DNA from: Candidatus Omnitrophota bacterium
GTDB taxonomy: Bacteria > Omnitrophota > Gorgyraeia > Zapsychrales > JANLHA01
DNA: 32,000 bases
Reading direction: 5' to 3'
Assembly (NCBI GenBank): GCA_963662715.1
Contig: OY759724.1
Location: 2,730,001-2,762,000, forward strand
Under the pieces are notes generated by a model. It was given only the letters and a program-made list of their open reading frames with translations. It was not told the origin of the DNA and did not search any database. This document shows positions 1 through 6,346 of this stretch, in pieces (positions within the stretch are counted from its first letter, which is position 1; each line of letters begins with the position of its first letter). The position numbers were made by a program, and so were the translations under genes.

Positions 1-349
1 TTTTTGCAAGCTATTCAAAAGAATGTACGGGAAATCCCCCGGGATATTCCGGCTGAATCCTCCCAATAGAATCTCTTCTCCCAAGGTAAAACAGAGACTG
101 TTTCCGGCCAGATCCTGATCAATTGCTTTTCCTGCAGGGTTTTTTCCTTACTTTAGACCTGTTTTCCTTCACTAAGATTATGAATAATGGCGTTTATTCG
201 AGAGAAATGAGTCAATAGCAAATATTTCCCATAAATGAGCAAATGCGTCCATTGAATAAATTTTAAAAGATGATATCCTTTTTTGGGTTATTAAATAGGA
301 CTTCAGACAATATGAAAAATTCCAAAAGCACATATAAACCAAACGCTGG

Positions 350-398
350 CCCGGACGTCACATGCTCCGTCGTGATGCCGGGTTTTTATTTTGTTTTT
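350..398 (+). terminator. Possible intrinsic terminator or attenuator hairpin plus U-tract in the long non-coding region upstream of the acidic-protein gene
   Basis: cccgg(350-354)/ccggg(378-382) and tcac(358-361)/gtga(372-375) can pair around a 10-nt loop, followed by tttttattttgttttt (383-398). The stem is interrupted and short. No supported gene lies between about 70 and 350. Confidence 0.3.
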
Positions 399-542
399 AA
401 AGCTGAAAGGAGGTGAGTTAAAACCGCTGTATTTTTTTAGGAGAAATTTTTAACGATTAATTAAGAAGTAAATTGAAGGAAAAAGGGTTAATGAAGGACA
501 GCATCGAGTTCTTCGCCCTCTATTGTCAAAGTGAGGAATGAA

Positions 543-2879
543 ATGAAAAAATTATTAATTTGGATTTTAGCAATAGCTTTTGCAGCATATCCGGTGGCCG
601 GTTATGCCGAAAGCATCGCTCTTTCTGATTCAGAAATGGATGAGATTGCAGCGGGTGAATGGGTGGTTCTTGCTGAAGGCGAAACTGTTGAAGATGTTTT
701 TTTCAGCCAGAACGAACTCCAGTCCACTGACGGTTCCCTGAATGAAGTGTCAGGTTTGAGCGTTGTAAACAGTGTTGACAGTGCGGTTGCCGTGCAGGCT
801 AACGTCGGCAATTCCGAAGATTTGGCGGAAGTTGAAGCCAATCAGGCCAACGAAGCCAACGTGCTCAACATGAATCCTTCGGTTGACAACTCAACTTCGA
901 ACACGGTCACCAACATCACTGAGCAGGATCAAGTGAATGCCTGGTCCAAAGAGACATCGACAACGGTCACTTTCTCTCATGAAGATGAAAACAATACCCA
1001 GATTTACGACAATGAGCAGTCATCTTCAGCCAACAGCTCTTCCGAATCCACATCAGCGACTTTAGATGCATCCGCTTCCGGATCTGCCTCATCTCAGGAA
1101 GAGCAGTCTGGTTCAACAACAGACTCAACTCTAAACGAAAATCATACAGCCAACACAGATAACACGGCTTTCCAGTATGACTATTCGGATGACACAACTT
1201 TTGATCTGGATGCTCAAGAGCAAGATTCATCTGCTTCTACGGCTGACACTCAAGAAGAAGAGTCCACATCGGCCAGTTTAGATGTGCAGGCCGATTATTC
1301 TGACAGTGCTGCTGAACAGTCAGAAGAGTCCACATCAGCGAGTTTAGATACACAAGCTGATTATGCTAACAGTTCTGCTGAACAATCAGAAGAGTCCACA
1401 TCAGCCGGTTTAGACGTGCAGGCCGATTATTCTGACAGTGCTGCTGAACAATCAGAAGAATCCACATCAGCTAGCTTGGATACTCAATCCGAATATTCTG
1501 ACAGTTCTGCTTTTGACGCCAACGCCAGTCAATCAGCGCAGGCTGAAAGCAGCTCCCAATCAGAAGACAGCACATCAGCAACTTTGGATGCCAACCTGTC
1601 CGCTTCCGAAAGTGCATCAGAGCAGGCTGCAGCCGAAGACGCGACATCAGCTTCCTTGAACGCTGATGCGCAGTATTCTGACAGCGCAACAACGGATTCC
1701 ACAACTGATTTTTCAGCGACTGAAGGAGAAACAACAGCAAGTTCACAAAGTGTTGACGGAACTTATAATCAGACCACAGACACTTGCGCAGATTGTGACA
1801 CCTCCACAACGACTTTTGAGGGAACAGCTGCCACAAGTGACTATTCTGACAGCAAAGATTACACCGCGGGCACAACAGCCGGTACAACGGAAAACACAGA
1901 TGCTTCTGGTTCGCTTGCCGGGACATATGATGCTTCTTCGGCAGAGTCCAGTTCAGCAGAGTCCAGCAGTGAAGCCTCAGGTGGGTTAAATGCCACTTAT
2001 GATGATTCTTCTTCTGAATCCGCGAGCGAAGCTTCTTCTTCAGATGCTTCAGGATCAGTTGCTGCGTCTAATGACACAACAGCATCAGGTTCTTTGAATG
2101 CCGCTTATGATGATTCAGCTTCTTCATCTTCTTCAGAAGACACAACAGCGTCAGGTTCTTTGAATGCTTCCTACGATGATTCAGCTTCTTCTGCTGCTTC
2201 AGAAGACACGACAGCGTCCAATTCTTTGAACGCCGCCTACGATGATTCAGCTTCTTCATCTTCTTCAGAAGACACAACAGCATCAGGTTCTTTGAATGCT
2301 TCCTATGATGATTCTTCTTCCGCATCTACTTCCGAAGCCGAATCATCTGATTCTTCATCAAGCTTGGTTGTCGGTTACACAGATGCTGATTCAGAATCTG
2401 TTGCTGCTTCTCATGATGTTGCTGCATCCACAGATAATATCAACACCACAGACCATGCTGATGAACACAGCTCATCATCATCAAACAGTTTCGAAGCTGA
2501 AGGCGCTTTATCTACATCTTTTGATCATGAAGAAGAGCAGGCCTCCGAATCAGCAGAAGCCCGCAACAATGATGAATTCAAAGATGAATACGAAAAGACG
2601 GAAGTGTCTTTTGAGACAAAAGATACTGAAGCAACAACTAATGATGCTTCTCAGGTTCTCACCAACATCACTGAAACGAAAAACACAGATCGCAAGAACA
2701 AGAGTGAAAAGAATGTGTTGATCATTTCCGGTTCATCACAGTCCGGAGTCAGCTCGTTGAGCACAGTGAATGCTGTTGGTTCAGCTGTTGCCGTTCAGTC
2801 CAACGTTATTAATGCCACAGGCAGTTTGACTGGTTCTATCAACCAATCAAATATTGCGAATGTGACAAACGGTCTTTAA
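543..2879 (+). CDS. Secreted hyper-acidic Ser/Thr/Asp/Glu-rich repeat protein, candidate major fibre subunit (FapC-like role). That it is a real CDS is far better supported than its function.
   Basis: ORF 531..2879. The ATG at 543 is preceded by GAGGA. Signal peptide MKKLLIWILAIAFAAYPVAGYA. LSDSEMDEIAAG motif directly after the signal peptide. Near-duplicate motifs LSVVNSVDSAVAVQANVGNS (N-terminal) and LSTVNAVGSAVAVQSNVINA (C-terminal). About 15 acidic 22-aa repeat units. A strong terminator follows the stop. Confidence 0.8.
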   Translation: MKKLLIWILAIAFAAYPVAGYAESIALSDSEMDEIAAGEWVVLAEGETVEDVFFSQNELQSTDGSLNEVSGLSVVNSVDSAVAVQANVGNSEDLAEVEANQANEANVLNMNPSVDNSTSNTVTNITEQDQVNAWSKETSTTVTFSHEDENNTQIYDNEQSSSANSSSESTSATLDASASGSASSQEEQSGSTTDSTLNENHTANTDNTAFQYDYSDDTTFDLDAQEQDSSASTADTQEEESTSASLDVQADYSDSAAEQSEESTSASLDTQADYANSSAEQSEESTSAGLDVQADYSDSAAEQSEESTSASLDTQSEYSDSSAFDANASQSAQAESSSQSEDSTSATLDANLSASESASEQAAAEDATSASLNADAQYSDSATTDSTTDFSATEGETTASSQSVDGTYNQTTDTCADCDTSTTTFEGTAATSDYSDSKDYTAGTTAGTTENTDASGSLAGTYDASSAESSSAESSSEASGGLNATYDDSSSESASEASSSDASGSVAASNDTTASGSLNAAYDDSASSSSSEDTTASGSLNASYDDSASSAASEDTTASNSLNAAYDDSASSSSSEDTTASGSLNASYDDSSSASTSEAESSDSSSSLVVGYTDADSESVAASHDVAASTDNINTTDHADEHSSSSSNSFEAEGALSTSFDHEEEQASESAEARNNDEFKDEYEKTEVSFETKDTEATTNDASQVLTNITETKNTDRKNKSEKNVLIISGSSQSGVSSLSTVNAVGSAVAVQSNVINATGSLTGSINQSNIANVTNGL
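1257..1520 (+). repeat. Four in-frame tandem 66-nt units (22 aa, EESTSASLD[VT]QADYSDSAAEQS type) inside the acidic-protein CDS
   Basis: Units start at 1257, 1323, 1389 and 1455 (exact 66-nt spacing). Units 1 and 3 are nearly identical, and units 2 and 4 resemble each other. More degenerate copies flank them (roughly 1040-1700). Confidence 0.9.
2073..2336 (+). repeat. Four in-frame tandem 66-nt units (22 aa, DTTASGSLNA[AS]YDDSASSSSSE type) inside the acidic-protein CDS
   Basis: Units start at 2073, 2139, 2205 and 2271 (exact 66-nt spacing). They alternate in type: 1 resembles 3 and 2 resembles 4. Degenerate copies lie upstream from about 1897. Confidence 0.9.
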
Positions 2880-2890
2880 TAAGTAATAAA

Positions 2891-2928
2891 AGGGTTGGGG
2901 GGAGGCATCTCCCCTCAACCCTGATTTT
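2891..2928 (+). terminator. Strong Rho-independent terminator immediately after the acidic-protein gene
   Basis: agggttggggggag (2891-2904) pairs with ctcccctcaaccct (2909-2922) as a 14-bp GC-rich stem with one G-U wobble and a gcat loop. It is followed by gatttt. Confidence 0.75.
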
Positions 2929-2961
2929 AAATGATGGTTTTTAAAAAGGAGATGGTCTGCG

Positions 2962-3417
2962 ATGTCTAGAAAGATAGGGTTTCTACTATTAAGTGTAGTT
3001 TTTCTGAATATGATTATCAACCCTGTGTTTGCAGATGGAAACGCAGTCGTCCTGTCTGATGAAGAGTTGGATCAAGTATATGCGCAGGGATTTAATTTTA
3101 ATTTTGATGAGTTTCTGGGAAATCTGGACAGCATTCTTTCTTCTCCTGACCTAAAAGTTGATTTAGATTTAGCCAAGGGTGGAACCGTGACTTTTACCGG
3201 TGATTCCGGAGTAGAGCAGCAGATATTTGCTACAGAAACCGGTGATATCAATTATATCAATTTGCAAGATTATGCCCAGCAATTTGCCAATAGTCTGATC
3301 AATGTGAATGCCGCAGGAAGCAATGTCCTGGTCGGGTTAAATTTGACCGTCCTCGTCAATTCGGTTGTGAACGGGGACATCAAAAGTTATAATTTCAATA
3401 ACAACAGTTCCAGGTAA
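2962..3417 (+). CDS. Small secreted protein sharing leader-like and N/V/A-rich motifs with the acidic protein (candidate minor subunit or nucleator)
   Basis: AAGGAG lies upstream of the ATG. Signal peptide MSRKIGFLLLSVVFLNMIINPVFA. LSDEELDQVYAQG follows directly after it. C-terminal ANSLINVNAAGSNVLVGLNLTVLVNS and an N-rich tail. Confidence 0.7.
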   Translation: MSRKIGFLLLSVVFLNMIINPVFADGNAVVLSDEELDQVYAQGFNFNFDEFLGNLDSILSSPDLKVDLDLAKGGTVTFTGDSGVEQQIFATETGDINYINLQDYAQQFANSLINVNAAGSNVLVGLNLTVLVNSVVNGDIKSYNFNNNSSR

Positions 3418-3476
3418 AGAAGCTTTTTATACATAATCATTGCGCCCTCCTTTTCTTTCATTTAATATATATCATT

Positions 3477-4160
3477 ATGAATAATAAAATTTTTATAATT
3501 TTAAGTGTTTTTTACCTTTTTGTTGCTCCCGGCCATGCGGCTAGCATTTCGGTGGGGGGCGTCAGTATAAACAAAAAGGTCAAAAATTTAAAAGAGCTTC
3601 GTCAGGAAAATGTTGTCACGCAAAGCCTTGATTATAGTTGCGGGGCCGCGGGTTTGTCGACCCTTTTGAATTATTATTTGAATGATCCTACCCCTGAAAT
3701 CGTTATCATCGATGCCCTGCTCAAAACCATCCCTTTGCAAAAAGTGCAAGCACGCCAGGGATTCTCTTTATTCGATTTAAAGAAATTCGCGGAATCCAGA
3801 GGATACCAGGTAACCGGGTATAAGATGGACTTCGAATTTTTAAAATCCATAGGCAAACCGCTTCTTGTCCCGATAAAATTCAAGAATTACCGGCATTTTG
3901 TCGTGGTTAAAGGTGTTGTCGGTGACAGGGTTTTTATCGCCGATCCGGCCGTAGGGAATATGACAATGAAAGATGAAAAGTTCAAAGCCATTTGGACCAA
4001 CGGCATCGGCTTTGTGGTTGAGCATCCGGAAGGCTCAAGGAACGAAGATTATGCTTTGCGTATTGAAAATGAAGATGTCCGTATGGCGAATTATCAATCC
4101 TTGAAGCGTCTCACCAGTCCTGCCTGGGTCCGGACAGCAATATTTACAAACGAATGGTGA
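3477..4160 (+). CDS. Periplasmic stand-alone C39-family cysteine peptidase (FapD-like role)
   Basis: Signal peptide MNNKIFIILSVFYLFVAPGHA. C39 signature Q-x5-C (QSLDYSCGAAGLSTLLNYY), His block YRHFVVVKG and FIADPAVG. There is no ABC-transporter domain. Confidence 0.75.
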   Translation: MNNKIFIILSVFYLFVAPGHAASISVGGVSINKKVKNLKELRQENVVTQSLDYSCGAAGLSTLLNYYLNDPTPEIVIIDALLKTIPLQKVQARQGFSLFDLKKFAESRGYQVTGYKMDFEFLKSIGKPLLVPIKFKNYRHFVVVKGVVGDRVFIADPAVGNMTMKDEKFKAIWTNGIGFVVEHPEGSRNEDYALRIENEDVRMANYQSLKRLTSPAWVRTAIFTNEW

Positions 4161-4166
4161 TCTTTT

Positions 4167-5627
4167 ATGCGTTTTAACCGAATATTATCAACAATATTGG
4201 TAGTGCTTTTCGTATGCTTTTTTGGGGTCTTCGTGTCCCGGTCGCGCCTTAGATATCCGGAAATTGATTTGACCGCTATTAAAAGGCAGTTAAGGGAGGA
4301 GATTAAAGACGAATTGCGCGCCGAACTGCTGCTTGAAATGGGAGATGTCATAACCCGGGAAGTTCAAAAAGAGGTTCATCTTTATCTTGCGCAGATACAC
4401 AAGCAAAAGGCTGATACAGAAAAGTATAGCCATTTGCAGCCCTCTGCTTCCTATGATGATGCTCTTGCCCGCAATTCCCTGACCCAGCAAGAGGAAAGAG
4501 AAACGATTCGGGAGGCTATCCAGCGGACGGTACGTGACGTCGTTCAGGAATACAATGCACAGCTTTCTGATGAGGAATTAGCCGCAACCGTAGCCAGCGG
4601 CGGACTTGATCCTGCGGTGACTCTTCCGGGCAGTTTGTCAAAAACCGTACAGGATGACCCTGTCCTGTTAGCGGCGGCCGAGGCATCCGCGGGGAGCCAA
4701 AAGCAGACATCCTCTTCTCAGCCGGTTCCCGTGAATTCAAAAGACGCGACAGCCGGTTCCAATTCCGGTAAAGTTGATTCTATTGAAAGGACATTGGTCC
4801 AAAAGGGAAGCATCCTCTTGCCTAAGGGGAGATTGCAGTTTGAACCCAGCCTGACCTATGCGCATTCCTCTTCCAACCGGCTATACATCGACGGCTTTAG
4901 TATCCTTCCGGTCCTTGTGGTCGGCGATATCTCTACAGAAAAAGTGCAGCGGGACGTTTTCATTAATACCTGGACATTCAAATACGGTTTAAGGCACAAC
5001 CTGCAGACAGAAGTCAGGGTTCCTGTCCGGTTTGAATATGACCGCATTACGAACACCGACAGCACAACGTTTGACCAGACGGATAATAAAGGCGGCCTGG
5101 GCGATATCCAGGTTTCTGTGAGCCGCCAGATCGGGTGGGAACACGGTCTCATCCCGGATTTGGTCGCGAATCTATCGGTGAAGTCCAATACCGGGGATGA
5201 ACCTTACAATACGGATATTGCCTTGGGAACCGGGCACTGGGCTGTCAGCGGGGCTCTGGTTGCGGCCAAGGCCAGCGATCCTGCTGTTATTTTTGGCAGT
5301 TTGAATTATACGTATAATATCCCCCGCAGCGATATCGAAAACTACGGAAAAATAGACCCGGGAGACTCGATAGGTTACAGTTTGGGAACCGCCATCGCGT
5401 TGAGTTATCAAACAGCCATCAATTTTTCATTTGATCATTCTATTACCGATAAAATGGTCAGGAACGGCCAAAAGGTCCCCGGCTCTTTCCTGAATGCCGC
5501 TAATTTCAAGACCGGTTTTAACTGGGCTTTGAATGAACGGGCTTCCGTGGATTGTTCTCTCAGCTTTGGCTTGACTCAGGATTCTCCTGATTTCACATTT
5601 GAACTCCGTTTCCCGTATAATTTCTGA
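4167..5627 (+). CDS. Outer-membrane beta-barrel protein with an N-terminal coiled-coil-like segment and low-complexity linker (FapF-like architecture)
   Basis: Starts 6 nt after the peptidase gene. N-terminal hydrophobic segment. Charged heptad-like stretch IKRQLREEIKDELRAELLLEMGD...QKEVHLYLAQIHKQK. S/Q/P-rich linker. C-terminal half has alternating hydrophobic strands, a GGLGDIQVSV motif and an aromatic terminus FELRFPYNF typical of OMP barrels. Confidence 0.65.
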   Translation: MRFNRILSTILVVLFVCFFGVFVSRSRLRYPEIDLTAIKRQLREEIKDELRAELLLEMGDVITREVQKEVHLYLAQIHKQKADTEKYSHLQPSASYDDALARNSLTQQEERETIREAIQRTVRDVVQEYNAQLSDEELAATVASGGLDPAVTLPGSLSKTVQDDPVLLAAAEASAGSQKQTSSSQPVPVNSKDATAGSNSGKVDSIERTLVQKGSILLPKGRLQFEPSLTYAHSSSNRLYIDGFSILPVLVVGDISTEKVQRDVFINTWTFKYGLRHNLQTEVRVPVRFEYDRITNTDSTTFDQTDNKGGLGDIQVSVSRQIGWEHGLIPDLVANLSVKSNTGDEPYNTDIALGTGHWAVSGALVAAKASDPAVIFGSLNYTYNIPRSDIENYGKIDPGDSIGYSLGTAIALSYQTAINFSFDHSITDKMVRNGQKVPGSFLNAANFKTGFNWALNERASVDCSLSFGLTQDSPDFTFELRFPYNF

Positions 5628-5763
5628 TCCCCTCTTGGGACATCTTCCCCTCTTATAAGATATATTGTCGTTGTGCCAGGAAAGATTATTATGATTGCCA
5701 AAAGACAAAGCCGCATGCTATGATAAAAACTCTTTTGAAATTATTTTATTTTGAAAAGTACTC

Positions 5764-6159
5764 ATGAACAGAAAGTTTTGCGCATTCTCGTTGATTCTTC
5801 TGAGCCTTGGCCTTGTATCGATCGTGAACATTGGTCAAGGGGCGGATTTAACGCGGCCTAAGGGCCAGCAGGAGAAGGAATGCCGTGTCCAGAATTGTCA
5901 CGGGCTCGAAATCCAATGCGGTTTCAGTGAACCCAAAGTGTGTACCGAGATGTATCAGTTGGGTGATTTTTGCCGCGCCTTTGCTGAATGTCGTTTTATA
6001 AAAGGTGAGTGTCAGTTTGTGAACAATGATCTTTTCCAGGGATGCAAAGACTGCGTTTTGGATTGCGAACGCAATAAAGATGAGATCAATCCGTTTATTT
6101 GTGAGGTCAAATGCCGGAAGGAATTTGAGCCGTATATTTATGGAAAACCCCTTAATTGA
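5764..6159 (+). CDS. Small secreted cysteine-rich protein, unknown function
   Basis: Signal peptide MNRKFCAFSLILLSLGLVSIVNIGQGA. 12 Cys in the roughly 100-aa mature part. I recognise no family. Confidence 0.55.
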   Translation: MNRKFCAFSLILLSLGLVSIVNIGQGADLTRPKGQQEKECRVQNCHGLEIQCGFSEPKVCTEMYQLGDFCRAFAECRFIKGECQFVNNDLFQGCKDCVLDCERNKDEINPFICEVKCRKEFEPYIYGKPLN

Positions 6160-6346
6160 ATATCTGTCTTTCGCACAACGCATACTCGTATTAACAGGGG
6201 CCGGTATTTCCACGGAAAGCGGTATCAGTGACTACCGAAGCCTTGGCGGATTATGGGATAGATTTCAGCCTGTCACCTTTCAGGAATTTTTTTCCCCTGT
6301 CAGCTATGAAAAAGAAAAAAATACTCGTCAAAGCCGTCCTTTTTGA
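6140..6346 (+). pseudogene. Truncated Sir2/CobB-type NAD-dependent deacylase: only about 53 N-terminal residues retained
   Basis: The ATG at 6140 gives MENPLIEYLSFAQRILVLTGAGISTESGISDYRSLGGLWDRFQPVTFQEFF, the sirtuin Rossmann N-terminus (GAGIS..SGI.D[FY]R). The frame then runs into unrelated sequence and stops at 6346. It overlaps the 3' end of the Cys-rich gene and the 5' end of the HAD gene. Confidence 0.6.

Noticed and set aside
1-250. Partial genes at the left edge. The + frame 1 is open to a TAG at 67-69 (FLQAIQKNVREIPRDIPAESSQ*), and a - strand frame is open from about 160 to the edge.
   Set aside because: Both are too short to recognise and mutually exclusive. The minus-strand frame has no ATG or GTG start. 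I cannot support either.
312-413. 33-codon ORF (MKNSKSTYKPNAGPDVTCSVVMPGFYFVFKAERR) overlapping the hairpin in the leader
   Set aside because: No ribosome-binding site and no recognisable features. It may be chance in an AT-rich region.
1257-2336. Regularly spaced 66-nt repeats as a possible CRISPR array
   Set aside because: The units are contiguous with no unique spacers, are in frame within a long ORF and encode a coherent 22-aa protein repeat. There are no cas genes.
602-2721. Seven ORFs of 73-151 aa on both strands inside the acidic-protein gene (602-841-, 967-1230-, 1438-1659+, 1471-1926-, 1666-1989+, 2068-2325-, 2296-2721+)
   Set aside because: All are alternate-frame readings of a low-complexity repetitive CDS. 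Their products are repetitive junk (for example KKMKKLNHRR repeats) with no start context, and the signal-peptide frame spans the whole region.
543-2879. MamJ-like acidic magnetosome or biomineralisation protein
   Set aside because: Only the compositional bias is similar. The protein has a Sec signal and sits with an OM barrel, and no magnetosome genes are in the window.
543-5627. Class II bacteriocin locus, or a LapA/LapG-type adhesin-release system, as the explanation for the C39 peptidase and the AAG/GG-like motifs
   Set aside because: There is no ABC exporter with a fused C39 domain, no immunity gene, and the substrates are large and Sec-targeted. LapG is a BTLCP-type protease rather than C39 and works with a T1SS adhesin, which is absent here.
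6228-6305. N-terminal extension of the HAD hydrolase from the GTG at 6228
   Set aside because: The extra 26 residues are just the alternate frame of the Sir2 remnant. HAD motif I normally sits within about 10-15 residues of the start, as it does with the ATG at 6306.
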